Part shown: piece by piece, positions 36,907-46,791 of the stretch | How positions within the stretch are numbered: position 1 is the stretch's first letter | Layout of the letters: every line of letters begins with the position of its first letter | Sequence record: NC_061441.1 | Strand: one strand, 5' to 3' | DNA length: 64,000 nucleotides | Notes under the pieces: model-generated | Database searches by the model: none | What the model saw: the letters and a program-made list of their open reading frames with translations, nothing else | Told to the model about the DNA's origin: nothing | Program-made: the position numbers and the translations under genes

Positions 36907-38343
36907 ATGTCATTCGATCTTCGTCAAAACTTACTGCTTGTTCGTGACGCTGCCTTGACAGGTAAGCCGCTGTTTTATTTCTACAACGCCATGGGGCGTG
37001 AGATGGTTCTCACTGGCGATGTGCTGCGTGAAATCATTGATCGTCAGAAAGAAGGTACGCTCTGCACTAACACTTACTGGGGTTTCGCTTCTGACCCTAC
37101 GCTGGAAGTTTGGTCGTTCGATGATAACAATGACCTAATGCTTCACCATCACGTAGGCAAGTCCTGCAAAACGTTCCTGCCTTATGAGATGATTGAGAGT
37201 GCGCATGAAGGCTTCAAGCCGATCAATGGTCTGTTCATTGAAGACAGTCTGCGCCGTATCATCCGTATTCATCTCAAGGCAACGTGCCGTGAAGAACAAA
37301 AGATCACTTGGTTCGCCGATCTGCCTGAGCCTGAAATGCGTAGTATGTTGCTATCTCTCGGTGTTGGTCCTATGCGTGTATCGCGTGAAGACAAAGAAGG
37401 TCTGATCAAACTTCATGACCGCTGGCTCGAAGACTTCGACGACAAATACAAGTACACGCACAACGCAATCGGCTTGGACGACAACGAAAAAATTCCTGCT
37501 GACTATCGCCCTGAACGCATTCGTGATCTTACGAAGCGTATGATGGCTAACGGTAAGACTCAGGAAATGATGGACCAAACTCTGAATGACCTGCTGCGTC
37601 AGTGTCGTATCAGAGGCGATATCCCACATCCTGGTCGTAACTTCAATCGCTACCAGTTGACATGCTATTACGCAACGCATTTGATCTTTGCGCAAGATGC
37701 GAAAGAGAAAATGGTTGAACTGATTGATACTCCGCAATTCGTGGTCAACTTTATTTATGGTTGGTACCCGGACTACACATGGATTATGATCAACGAAGAA
37801 ACGTTCGAGTACCAGCGGTCTCTGGTACGTGCCGCGCTGATCAGTTTGCAGAGTCATGTGCAAAATGAAGTTGGCGTATACAAGATCGATCATGGTATGG
37901 TTACGTTCGCAGATAACTTTGACCCACACGCAGACGAAGAACCAGAAGATGACGGTCGGGTGGATGACGAAGAAGACGAGATTGAAAATGAACCTGAGCA
38001 GGAACGTGTGCCGCGGCCACGTAAATTCCCGGTGATGTTGCATCATAACCGCATCGACCACGATGTTATTCGTCGCTCTTTGGTTCAGATGAAGATCATT
38101 GCGAGCCAGAGCGCTCTCAATAAACTGTTTAAGAAAGACGGTTTGACCGTTGCCCAGCAACACGCAGCATATCGTACAATGCTGAAAAATGTTGTTCTGG
38201 ACCCAGCACGGGACGTACTGAGCAAGCTGTCTGATTCGTCTTTATGTGCGCTAGCCATGAGCCTGACTAAGCTGAAAGACGGTGATGGCTATCCTCGTGA
38301 CAATGCGTACCTGAAAGAACTAATTAAACACGCGGTCAAGTGA
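36907..38343 (+). CDS. Hypothetical protein with acidic linker and HeH-like segments
   Basis: 478-aa ORF; GGAGA SD. Confidence 0.85.
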   Translation: MSFDLRQNLLLVRDAALTGKPLFYFYNAMGREMVLTGDVLREIIDRQKEGTLCTNTYWGFASDPTLEVWSFDDNNDLMLHHHVGKSCKTFLPYEMIESAHEGFKPINGLFIEDSLRRIIRIHLKATCREEQKITWFADLPEPEMRSMLLSLGVGPMRVSREDKEGLIKLHDRWLEDFDDKYKYTHNAIGLDDNEKIPADYRPERIRDLTKRMMANGKTQEMMDQTLNDLLRQCRIRGDIPHPGRNFNRYQLTCYYATHLIFAQDAKEKMVELIDTPQFVVNFIYGWYPDYTWIMINEETFEYQRSLVRAALISLQSHVQNEVGVYKIDHGMVTFADNFDPHADEEPEDDGRVDDEEDEIENEPEQERVPRPRKFPVMLHHNRIDHDVIRRSLVQMKIIASQSALNKLFKKDGLTVAQQHAAYRTMLKNVVLDPARDVLSKLSDSSLCALAMSLTKLKDGDGYPRDNAYLKELIKHAVK

Positions 38344-38377
38344 ATCGTAAACATACCTATCATTGAAGGGAAACAAA

Positions 38378-38800
38378 ATGCAATTCGAACAAAACATTCT
38401 GGTAGTTAATCGTGTGGCTCTTATCATGGGCGATGACCTCGTAGCTAAATGGGGTGAGGCTGCAAACGCCAATCGTGATCAAGCTGCGTATGCGACCATC
38501 GTTATTCTGTCTCGTCTTCAACAAAAGGTTATTGCTGCCCTTGCTGCGGAAAACCCAGAAGCCTGTTGCCGTCCTGATTTGCTTTGGACCGACTACGGTT
38601 CAATCTCAACCTCAGGCCTGTTTGTCATTGCTTCCTCTGCGGACCGTGAAGTGTTGAATCACTTCGAAGACCATGACTACCTGAATCATCTGCACACAAT
38701 CAAACGTGTTGCTGAGGAGAATGGATTCACGTTAACCGTTACGCCAGTGAAGCACTTATTCCCATTCGCTAACACTGAAATTCCAGCTAACATGAAATGA
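38378..38800 (+). CDS. Hypothetical protein
   Basis: AAGGGA SD. Confidence 0.8.
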   Translation: MQFEQNILVVNRVALIMGDDLVAKWGEAANANRDQAAYATIVILSRLQQKVIAALAAENPEACCRPDLLWTDYGSISTSGLFVIASSADREVLNHFEDHDYLNHLHTIKRVAEENGFTLTVTPVKHLFPFANTEIPANMK

Positions 38801-38808
38801 GGTGACCT

Positions 38809-39108
38809 ATGCCACGCGAACAAATTCTGATGAATGACGTTGCTATCGTCCTGACCATGAGCGAACGTCGTGCGTTCTTGGGACCTAAAGCTGATGGCTT
38901 CGTGTACCTGCCGTCGAAAGAAGCTCTCACGAAGTTTGAGGCTCATATCAAACGTTATGGTAGTCGTGATGAGTATGCGTTCATTGAACACCGCGAACTG
39001 CACTCTTTGAACTCTGCTGGGATTGTGGCTATCGCTCACGCTGTCGAATCTGACTCCGAGCGCCCGTGGCTGTGGACGAAAGAAGACTTCCGCGTTAAGC
39101 TCTGGTAA
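38809..39108 (+). CDS. Hypothetical protein
   Basis: GAGGTG SD. Confidence 0.8.
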   Translation: MPREQILMNDVAIVLTMSERRAFLGPKADGFVYLPSKEALTKFEAHIKRYGSRDEYAFIEHRELHSLNSAGIVAIAHAVESDSERPWLWTKEDFRVKLW

Positions 39109-39161
39109 GCATAAAACTGGCTAAAATCGTGGTATCAATTTAAGCCCGACTGTGATATACT
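39106..39161 (+). promoter_or_regulatory. Promoter cassette copy 8
   Basis: TAAGCATAAAACTGGCTAAAATCGTGGT; TG-A-TATACT at 39153-39161. Confidence 0.85.
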
Positions 39162-39211
39162 AAAAGCGTAGCGATGCTGCGCTTTTTCACTTATGTCTGA
39201 GGAGACAACAA

Positions 39212-39676
39212 ATGATTGAAGAAATCAAACCCACCATGTCGGATATTGAATTGCAGGACCAGATGATCGATGCGGCTGCCCAGAAGCTGATTGAACTGAA
39301 ACCTGAATGGGTGGACGTTTGTGCGGCTGCACTTCGTTTATATCTGACCGTGTGTGAAGAAATTGGCGGTCCTATTCCAGAACTGCGGTTCGTCCACAAC
39401 TCCAAGCCATGCCGCCTTCAATTCAATTTGAAAGAGTCGGTGGAAGGTGCCGAGTTCGTGGCGAACGAAATCGACAAAGACAAGCAGATGGCTATTGTCG
39501 ATGAGATGTTGAAAACTGCCGAAGCGTGTCCGAACGGCCACTCGATGTTGGACTTCGCTATTTGCTCTGGACGCCTGTTCATGATTGGTTATGATGGCCT
39601 TGCTGGTACGCTCGATAAGATTTGCTTCTGTGCCAACAAGAAAAACTATTCCATGACTCTGGTTAAAGGTGAATAA
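39212..39676 (+). CDS. Hypothetical protein
   Basis: GAGGAG SD. Confidence 0.8.
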   Translation: MIEEIKPTMSDIELQDQMIDAAAQKLIELKPEWVDVCAAALRLYLTVCEEIGGPIPELRFVHNSKPCRLQFNLKESVEGAEFVANEIDKDKQMAIVDEMLKTAEACPNGHSMLDFAICSGRLFMIGYDGLAGTLDKICFCANKKNYSMTLVKGE

Positions 39677-39677
39677 C

Positions 39678-40361
39678 ATGAAACCTGACTACACTCTGCT
39701 GAAACGTAGTAAGACGCACGAAGATGTTTTCGCTTTCGTGTTTGATGGCGAGTTGCTTGTTCAATTCAAAGCTGTCCAGTTGCATAAAGCTCTGACCGAA
39801 ACGCTCAAAGCAAACTGCATCAATGAAGTCGATATCCTGTGGCGCGACGGTACGCGTACGGTCCAACAACTGGTTGTGCATCATACGCGTGAGTTCGTAC
39901 AGTTCGACACTATCGTCCACAACTACAGCGTGTGCCTGATGCTTCGCGCACAAGGCGTTGGTCATTCGCTCGCTGTGCCTGTCGATGTTCGTTCTATGTA
40001 TGATGCCGACGGCCCGATGATCAGTGAGATTCGCATTGATAGTGAAACAGTCGCTGATCTAATGCGTCACATTAAAACCACGCCATACATTGATCCAGAA
40101 GAAGATGACGATGTTGGCGATATGGACGAAGATGATGATTGGGATGACGATGATCTCGATCCGACCGAGTTCCACGATATCGAAACAGAATCTATTGCCG
40201 ATAACAAATTGCAGATTGGCGACTGGGGATATCGCGCCCACGACTGGGCGATCACTCTGACCGACGAACAGGTAGACCGCATTCACTTCCTCGAAGTCGG
40301 CATTGACCCTGACATTGAACTGCCTATTGCCGATGATGCTAAGAAGGACGCATTCTTCTAA
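39678..40361 (+). CDS. Hypothetical protein with acidic tract
   Basis: AGGTG SD; EEDDDVGDMDEDDDWDDDD. Confidence 0.8.
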   Translation: MKPDYTLLKRSKTHEDVFAFVFDGELLVQFKAVQLHKALTETLKANCINEVDILWRDGTRTVQQLVVHHTREFVQFDTIVHNYSVCLMLRAQGVGHSLAVPVDVRSMYDADGPMISEIRIDSETVADLMRHIKTTPYIDPEEDDDVGDMDEDDDWDDDDLDPTEFHDIETESIADNKLQIGDWGYRAHDWAITLTDEQVDRIHFLEVGIDPDIELPIADDAKKDAFF

Positions 40362-40552
40362 TGAAAACGATCAACGAACAAGTCAACGAATTGAAACAGC
40401 GCGGCGTGCTTATCATCGAAGAACACCAGAAGCATACGCTGCCAGATTTGACCTTCACGCTTGACTGCATGTGTCTGCCTCATACGAAGCGTGAAGTAGA
40501 GACAACCACGCGCGGCCGCGTTGTTAAGATTCGCCTGACAAACATTCACTAA
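40361..40552 (+). CDS. Hypothetical protein
   Basis: TAATG coupling. Confidence 0.65.
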   Translation: MKTINEQVNELKQRGVLIIEEHQKHTLPDLTFTLDCMCLPHTKREVETTTRGRVVKIRLTNIH

Positions 40553-40565
40553 CTTTTGTGGTCTT

Positions 40566-40640
40566 GGCCCGCCCGTCCAGAAATGCTCACCCCCAATGAG
40601 GTGTCTCGCGCATAGGCATGACGGTCACCGGGTCCTTTTT
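40566..40640 (+). other. Structured intergenic element/terminator
   Basis: Nested stems GGCCCG/CGGGTC, CCGTC/GACGG, ATGC/GCAT ending in CTTTTT. Confidence 0.45.
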
Positions 40641-40696
40641 AGAGCGCACTACAGAGTACGCTGTACAAAGTAAACAACAAAACAGGAGGCTGTTAT

Positions 40697-41041
40697 ATGC
40701 GTTTCACCGAAGTATCAAAAGACGCACAGGTTGCGTTAATGTCTAGCGCACTTGCGGGAGTAATTGAGGCATTCACCCGCGAAGAAGATGATGAAGGCCG
40801 CAAGATTCTAGTTCTGGCCCTCAAGCAAGTCGGTCTGACGGTAGATGAGTTCAGCGCACTTATCTCTGACTTGTCGCCAGAAGTTGAGCTTGAGATCGTT
40901 CGCGTTATGGAAGCTGCTGATGCCGAAGCGGATGAAGAAGACGCAGACAGCGAACTCGACACGATGGAAGAGCGCCCAGGCAACCTGAACGATGCGCCGA
41001 ACATTAATGCAGACGGCTGGGAGAATCTCAAAGATGAGTAG
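40697..41041 (+). CDS. Acidic hypothetical protein
   Basis: AGGAGG SD. Confidence 0.8.
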   Translation: MRFTEVSKDAQVALMSSALAGVIEAFTREEDDEGRKILVLALKQVGLTVDEFSALISDLSPEVELEIVRVMEAADAEADEEDADSELDTMEERPGNLNDAPNINADGWENLKDE

Positions 41042-41237
41042 TCAAGATGATGTGAATGGTAGAATTGCTGCGGCCGACGAGCAACGTCAGAAAGAGCGTG
41101 AATCACGCTATGATGATTGGTCGATTGACGACCTGCGTGATGCTCTGCTTGAGAATGGTCTTGTATTTGACGGTGAAGACGTAGACGACTACAGCCGCGC
41201 AGACTGTATCAGACTGCTACTGGCTGATGGCTTCTAA
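41034..41237 (+). CDS. Small HeH-motif protein
   Basis: YDDWSIDDLRDALLENGL...SRADCIRLLL. Confidence 0.7.
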   Translation: MSSQDDVNGRIAAADEQRQKERESRYDDWSIDDLRDALLENGLVFDGEDVDDYSRADCIRLLLADGF

Positions 41238-41290
41238 GCACAAAACTGGACAAAATCGTGGTTGTCTCAAATAGCTGCCTGAACTATACT
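41235..41290 (+). promoter_or_regulatory. Promoter cassette copy 9
   Basis: TAAGCACAAAACTGGACAAAATCGTGGTTGTCT; TATACT at 41285. Confidence 0.8.
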
Positions 41291-41338
41291 ATATAGACAG
41301 CGAGACAACTATCTCTCTGTATGCCTTTGTTATTGCTT

Positions 41339-41380
41339 GACCGTGCGTTTTTCGATTTTCCCGGACGCACGGTCCTTTTT
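41339..41380 (+). terminator. Terminator-like hairpin ending a putative small RNA
   Basis: GACCGTGCGT/ACGCACGGTC perfect 10-bp stem followed by CTTTTT. Confidence 0.7.
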
Positions 41381-41494
41381 AAAGTGGACTTCGCTGAGGT
41401 TCCTTTAAAAAGGGTTCGATACCCTTTGAGCGCGTCGGGCTTTACGCGGTTTCCGCCTTACGTGCTCTCATGCTAAACCGCAAAGGAAATTGAA

Positions 41495-42253
41495 ATGCCT
41501 ACTACTTCACGTCCTAAGACAGAAGACAAGTTTTCCCGTGCTCGCGCCGCCAAAAACTCACCTGAGCGTCAGGCCGCGGCCACCAAGAAAACGCCACGAG
41601 GTCCTTCCTCGGTTCGTCCTAAATCAACGGCAGATCGTGAGCCTAAGATTCGTGACGAGGAGCGTGTGTACAATCTCGTACATGCAATTCTGAGCGCGTG
41701 GAAAGCTGATGTGGGACATGCCGAAAACACGGCAGCCTCTGCTGGTATCATCAAAGTGTCTCGCCGTAAAATTGAAGGCTCCTTGCGTGACCTCAAGAAT
41801 ACGCGCTTCACTAAAATCCCGACGCTCATTAATGACGTCCTCGTGTATAACGAAGTCTGCAATGAGTTCGGGCAGTGGGTGTACGTTGAGCATGACAGTC
41901 CTGATTGGATTTTCGTGCGACTGCCGGATAACAGCACACCTGTGATTCGTGCTGATATCAGCTACGACAAGACAGGCAAAACTGCCGCATCTGTTTCAAC
42001 TTCAAGCGAAGTTTTGCTGGAAGACTTGGACGAAGAAGAGGAAGATGAAATCCCTGAGAACGTCGAATATGACGACGAGGACGATTCTGATGTGAATGAA
42101 GAAGAGGACGACGAGGAGGAGTACCAGTCCTGGTCCCTCAGCCAACTTCAAAACTTTGCTAAGGCCGAAGGTTACATCGGCATCAAAGATGAAGGTTGGA
42201 ACGACCGCCAGACGCTTCTTGCTCGCATCCTGAATAAGGGAGCAATCAAATGA
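41495..42253 (+). CDS. Basic N-terminus / acidic tract / HeH protein
   Basis: AAGGA SD; YQSWSLSQLQNFAKAEG...NDRQTLLARIL. Confidence 0.85.
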   Translation: MPTTSRPKTEDKFSRARAAKNSPERQAAATKKTPRGPSSVRPKSTADREPKIRDEERVYNLVHAILSAWKADVGHAENTAASAGIIKVSRRKIEGSLRDLKNTRFTKIPTLINDVLVYNEVCNEFGQWVYVEHDSPDWIFVRLPDNSTPVIRADISYDKTGKTAASVSTSSEVLLEDLDEEEEDEIPENVEYDDEDDSDVNEEEDDEEEYQSWSLSQLQNFAKAEGYIGIKDEGWNDRQTLLARILNKGAIK

Positions 42254-42699
42254 GTCTGACTATTCGCTCTGCTGCCGAAACTGCTGCAATGATCATTGAA
42301 AACGTCACTCTCTACTCTCAAGAGAAGGGGCACGAATATCCGCTGCCGCGCTTTAAGATGCCCGACAATGCGATACGTCGAATCTCTGGTCATGCTCGCG
42401 TTCTGCCTGAAAGCTATATTGAGCAACTGTCTATCGAGCTGCAACAAATCGACTGGATGATGCTGCGGTATAACGCCGGCGAGTTCTTGTTCATGCACTA
42501 CGATATCCCAAAGAACTGGACGCGACTGAGTGCGAAGCGTGTGGTCCCTAATGACGACCCTGCCGCTGAGTACGATACGTGGACGCTTCCTGAACTTCAG
42601 GGATTCGCTCAACGTAACGACTTTTTGCAGCCTGACGAAGAGGGCTTCAACGATAGAGCGTCACTGATTCGCGCTATCATGCTAGGCGAGACCCATTGA
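42250..42699 (+). CDS. Hypothetical protein with C-terminal HeH motif
   Basis: YDTWTLPELQGFAQRND...NDRASLIRAIM. Confidence 0.85.
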   Translation: MSLTIRSAAETAAMIIENVTLYSQEKGHEYPLPRFKMPDNAIRRISGHARVLPESYIEQLSIELQQIDWMMLRYNAGEFLFMHYDIPKNWTRLSAKRVVPNDDPAAEYDTWTLPELQGFAQRNDFLQPDEEGFNDRASLIRAIMLGETH

Positions 42700-42717
42700 G
42701 TAGGGGAAGATAATCGA

Positions 42718-42864
42718 ATGAACAAATCTAAGCGGGACGCAGAAGACCCCGACATTGCTAAAATGCGCAAGCGTCTGGTAGATGCGAAAATCATCAAGCC
42801 AGAAGCTGCTGTGAAGCTGTCAAGCAATGACATTGTGAAGCTGTACACTTACTACAGCGTATAA
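42718..42864 (+). CDS. 48-aa HeH-like miniprotein (not in ORF track)
   Basis: GGGGAAG SD; IAKMRKRLVDAKIIKPEAAVKLSSNDIVKLY resembles the 43030 C-terminus. Confidence 0.65.
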   Translation: MNKSKRDAEDPDIAKMRKRLVDAKIIKPEAAVKLSSNDIVKLYTYYSV

Positions 42865-42910
42865 GCAATAATGAGCAGGCAGTGAACGTGCTGCCTGCTA
42901 TCTGCGAAGT

Positions 42911-42966
42911 ATGCAGAAAACTGGACAAAATCGTGGTTGTTATCTGAAAGCAACCTATGCTATACT
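42911..42966 (+). promoter_or_regulatory. Promoter cassette copy 10
   Basis: GCAGAAAACTGGACAAAATCGTGGTTGTTA; TG-C-TATACT at 42958-42966. Confidence 0.85.
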
Positions 42967-43029
42967 TAATGCAGACGCAATATCGCGTCGGCAAGCAAAT
43001 CAAACAACAAATACTGAGGAGTATTAATC

Positions 43030-44619
43030 ATGGCACGTCTGGAAACTAACACTAACCTGGTTGGCAAAACTATCATCCTGCTGAACGGCACCAAATCTAA
43101 AATCGAAGATGCAATCGCGTCTGGCTATAAAGTGAAGGGCCAGTCAAAACGTATCGCCACCCGCTGCGTCATCAAAGAAGGTTCTCACTTCCGCGAAATT
43201 GAGCGCATGAACATGAGCCAGCTGGAAGATACTGGTGAAGGTTACGTTAAACTGAAAGATGCGAAAGCGTCTGGTAAGAAAGCTGGCGCGAAAGAGAAAG
43301 AGCCGAAAGCGTCTGGCAAGAAGACTGGCGGCAAAGCTACGGCCAAAGAGAAAGAGCCGAAAGTTCGCCGTAAGTCTTCTAAAGAGCAAGGCGATGAGTA
43401 TCAGGCTCTGGCGAAAGAAATCATCAAAGGCGGCAAACGTGCTGCGCCAGTTGAAATCGACGAGATCGATGGCGACCTGACTGATACCGTTGCTCAACGT
43501 CTGGTAGACGTACTGAACAATACCGAAATCGCCAAGCTGTGCGCTGACAACAAAACGCCGATCGCTAACGCCATCGAAGTTGCTTACGGCGCTGAGTTCG
43601 CACCTGAAACAAACGTCATGCAGATCACGCTGAGCCTGCAATACGCGAAGCCTGTTAAAACGCAGTCATCTTCTACGCTGGAAAACGCCGATGCAATCGC
43701 GGCCCGTGCTAAGAAAATGATCGCGCCGAAGCTGTCTAAGAAACTCGCTAAGGCGATTCGTGAAGCGTTCGGCCTGGAAGACGCCGCCGAGCTTGAAGCT
43801 GGTACCGTGTTGTTGTCTGACGGCGCTGAGTTCGTCTTCTGCGGCGAGAGCGCGAAGCACCTCGGCAAAGCGCTGCTGTATGTTGTAGAGACCGACAAGT
43901 TCAAATCTGTTGTAGGCTCTGCGCTGGCTGATTACGAAATTGGTCAGGAAGAAGAAGAGGAAGAAGAGGAAGACCTCGAGGAAGAGGAGTCTGAGGAAGA
44001 AGAAGAAGAGGAGGAGGAGGAGGAAGAAGAAGACGGCGAAGAAGACGACGGTGAGTCTGACGATACTGAATACCAGTATGTGGCCGTGACCAAAGATCAT
44101 ACCAACATGATCAACAAGAAAGTCACCGCTAAGTATCACGCCGCGCTGGCTGAGCGCTTCAACACAACCGAAGAAGCTCTGGTACCTGGCCTCGTGTTGA
44201 CTGACGGCGAAACAACGTTCGCTTACCTGGGCTGTGATAGCAAAGGTGGTCTGCTGGTCATCGACGTTGAAGCTGAGGAGAACGAAGAAGACGTTCTGCT
44301 GTATAGCAAAGCCGATATCAAAGAACTGACCGACTTCAATCCTGTGCTGGATGACGTAGAAGGCGCTGCCGATGATGAAGGCGAAGAAGAAGACGGTGAA
44401 GAAGACGGTGAAGAAGAAGACGGTGAAGAAGATCTGGACGAAGAAGACGGCGAAGAGGAAGAAGACGACGAAGACTTCGACTTCGATGATGTTCCTGCCG
44501 TTGACCTGAAAGATCTGTCCGAAGACGAACTGCGTGACCGTGTCGTTGAAGCCGGCCTGACCACCGTGCGTAAAGCTGACAAAATGAACGCGGCTCAACT
44601 GCGCAAGCTCCTGAAATAA
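43030..44619 (+). CDS. Poly-Glu/Asp modular protein with duplicated internal domain and C-terminal HeH
   Basis: 529 aa; basic N-terminal repeats (KASGKK...KEKEPK twice); two acidic tracts; GAGGAG SD. Confidence 0.9.
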   Translation: MARLETNTNLVGKTIILLNGTKSKIEDAIASGYKVKGQSKRIATRCVIKEGSHFREIERMNMSQLEDTGEGYVKLKDAKASGKKAGAKEKEPKASGKKTGGKATAKEKEPKVRRKSSKEQGDEYQALAKEIIKGGKRAAPVEIDEIDGDLTDTVAQRLVDVLNNTEIAKLCADNKTPIANAIEVAYGAEFAPETNVMQITLSLQYAKPVKTQSSSTLENADAIAARAKKMIAPKLSKKLAKAIREAFGLEDAAELEAGTVLLSDGAEFVFCGESAKHLGKALLYVVETDKFKSVVGSALADYEIGQEEEEEEEEDLEEEESEEEEEEEEEEEEEDGEEDDGESDDTEYQYVAVTKDHTNMINKKVTAKYHAALAERFNTTEEALVPGLVLTDGETTFAYLGCDSKGGLLVIDVEAEENEEDVLLYSKADIKELTDFNPVLDDVEGAADDEGEEEDGEEDGEEEDGEEDLDEEDGEEEEDDEDFDFDDVPAVDLKDLSEDELRDRVVEAGLTTVRKADKMNAAQLRKLLK

Positions 44620-44702
44620 ACCTGTAGTATCGCAACACTGAATAATGTACGCCTCAGACAGGGGCGTACATCTGACAACTAAGCTGATTGAGGAATCACA
44701 CT

Positions 44703-45953
44703 ATGTCAAACGCAAACAAAATTCTGCTTAACGCCCGTGTTCGTCGTACTGATGGCACCATCACTTACATCAACAAAGTAAACGCTAACGGTTATAGCAC
44801 CGACGCGAAAGGCCCGCAGATTCCTGTGAAGCGCATTGTGTTCGCAGGCAAAACGCTGAAAGAGATTGAACAGCCATTCGCAAAAGGCGAGTACGTGATT
44901 GTGCAGGGTGTCGCTGTGAAGTTGAACAAGCGCCAGCAACGTGAACTGGCTGATGGTACTCTCGACGAGAAAGCGCTGCGTCCTGAGTTTGGCCGTTTGG
45001 TTATCATCGACCCTGAAACAGGCAAAGCAACTGACGGCAAGAAAGTGAAGCCGAAAGCTGACAAGAAAGACGGTGGCCTGAAAGCTACGCGCAAGCATAG
45101 CGGCGATACCAGCACGAAGAAAGAGCGCAAAGCTGAGAAGGCGAATCTGAAAGACGACCTTGACTTCATTCAGTCTGACAAGATTGACCGTAAAGCCGAA
45201 CTCGTCAAGCTCCTCGATGGCTCTATCGCTGACGCGAATACGAAAGAGCGCCGTAAGCAATTGTCCGAAGCGTTTGACATGGACTGGAAAGATCTTAAAA
45301 AGCACGGCGGTAAAGGTGTTGTCAAACATCTCGGCCGCAAGGCAGCACAAAGCGCCGTTGACCGTCTGTCTGCTACGCTGACGCAAGACGCATTCATCAA
45401 ACAAATGCCGACTGAGTTGAAGCGCCTGATTCAAGACCGTCGTCTGGTTCTGAATAAGCGTCAGATTGAAGCTGTACTCTCTGCATTGGGTCTGGACGTT
45501 AAGTTCTACGCCATCGCAATGCAAACGCTGCTGGGTAACCTGTCGCTCGCTGTAGACGACACGGCCGTGAATCCCAAAGCAGGTAAGAAAGCAAAGAAGC
45601 GCAAACCAGCAAAGCCTGAGTATGCGTCTGATAAAGAAATAAAGCGCCGTATCAAAAAGATGAAAGTCAGTTTGATCATGCCTCCTAAGAGCGAAATCAA
45701 AACGGCTAAAGCTCACCTGAAACAAGCGAAAGCCATTCTCGCCGACAAGCTGGGTATCTCGGCGAAAGATATCAAGCGCGGTCTGATCGTGCATCATAAG
45801 AACGGCGTTGACTACATGTTCGTTGCGTGTGACCTGCGCGGACCAATCTTCATCGACAAAGATGGTGATCCGTCTGTGTATACCTACGCCAACCTCGAAT
45901 CGACTTTCGACTTCACGCTGGCGAAATCTTCTGAGCTGGATGAGGCTGTATGA
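44703..45953 (+). CDS. Basic paralog of 43030..44619
   Basis: Shares the N-terminal domain and one copy of the internal domain; Lys-rich; GAGGA SD. Confidence 0.88.
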   Translation: MSNANKILLNARVRRTDGTITYINKVNANGYSTDAKGPQIPVKRIVFAGKTLKEIEQPFAKGEYVIVQGVAVKLNKRQQRELADGTLDEKALRPEFGRLVIIDPETGKATDGKKVKPKADKKDGGLKATRKHSGDTSTKKERKAEKANLKDDLDFIQSDKIDRKAELVKLLDGSIADANTKERRKQLSEAFDMDWKDLKKHGGKGVVKHLGRKAAQSAVDRLSATLTQDAFIKQMPTELKRLIQDRRLVLNKRQIEAVLSALGLDVKFYAIAMQTLLGNLSLAVDDTAVNPKAGKKAKKRKPAKPEYASDKEIKRRIKKMKVSLIMPPKSEIKTAKAHLKQAKAILADKLGISAKDIKRGLIVHHKNGVDYMFVACDLRGPIFIDKDGDPSVYTYANLESTFDFTLAKSSELDEAV

Positions 45954-46333
45954 CAAATAACGAAATACTCCTGTCTGGTATGTTTGCTCAACTGTATGCG
46001 CGGCTGGTAACGGCCGCAATACTGAAAACGCATGTGTTCTATTCTGACTTGGCCCCGATAGTATTCGGCATCCAACTGTCCGAAGTGAGCACTGCGCAAT
46101 ATGACGCTCTGTGGGGTTTAGTAGCGACTTCTATGAGCGTCGATATCTCGCATGGAAGAGCACCGCTTGCTGCGCTCTATGTGTCGCGGTCAACTGATGA
46201 TAAGAAGCCGAGCCGCAAGTTCTTCCGTGAGTATCACAAGATTACAGGCAAGCATCTGTCGGACAAAGAGTGGCAAGCACTCGTCCAGCAGGTGTACACT
46301 CAATACGAATCAAATCTCCGAGAGCCATCATGA
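45950..46333 (+). CDS. Hypothetical protein
   Basis: GAGG SD; ATGA overlap. Confidence 0.75.
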   Translation: MTNNEILLSGMFAQLYARLVTAAILKTHVFYSDLAPIVFGIQLSEVSTAQYDALWGLVATSMSVDISHGRAPLAALYVSRSTDDKKPSRKFFREYHKITGKHLSDKEWQALVQQVYTQYESNLREPS

Positions 46334-46791
46334 AAAAAGCAAAGGTAGTAATTAGTCGTGGTGGATATCGACCGGCCTCCCACGAAGAAGCACAAAAGCT
46401 GGTGGTCGAAATGTTGTTAGCTTCAATCGGCGTTGACCCTACTATACTGAGCCAGCAAATGCTGTTGAACGTTGCGAACTATAACTTCCTGACGTCAATC
46501 GCAGATACAGGCAAAGCAAATAACGCGAACCAGACAACTCTGCATAAAACTGTAAAAGAACTTAATGCGTTTTGTAGATTGCACAAGATTCCGCTGGGCT
46601 TGCTAATTATGCCCCATACATCGGCTAGTGATTATGCTGGTGATGAGGTTGTAGCGATTCCGTGGGAGCATGTGCGTAAAAACACATTAAGCCAGAACGC
46701 TGTCAATTCCCTGTTCCAAACAGTCGAAGCTGATGGCTATCCGCAGTTTGTGACTGACGCGAAAACAGTAGAGGAATACAATGTTTTATGA
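46330..46791 (+). CDS. Hypothetical protein
   Basis: ATGA overlap. Confidence 0.75.
   Translation: MKKAKVVISRGGYRPASHEEAQKLVVEMLLASIGVDPTILSQQMLLNVANYNFLTSIADTGKANNANQTTLHKTVKELNAFCRLHKIPLGLLIMPHTSASDYAGDEVVAIPWEHVRKNTLSQNAVNSLFQTVEADGYPQFVTDAKTVEEYNVL

Noticed and set aside
41380-41470. Possible tRNA suggested by the GGTTCGATACC T-arm
   Set aside because: No acceptor stem, D-arm or anticodon arm in tRNA geometry; the downstream strand pairs with a 3' sequence instead. Kept only as a structured element.
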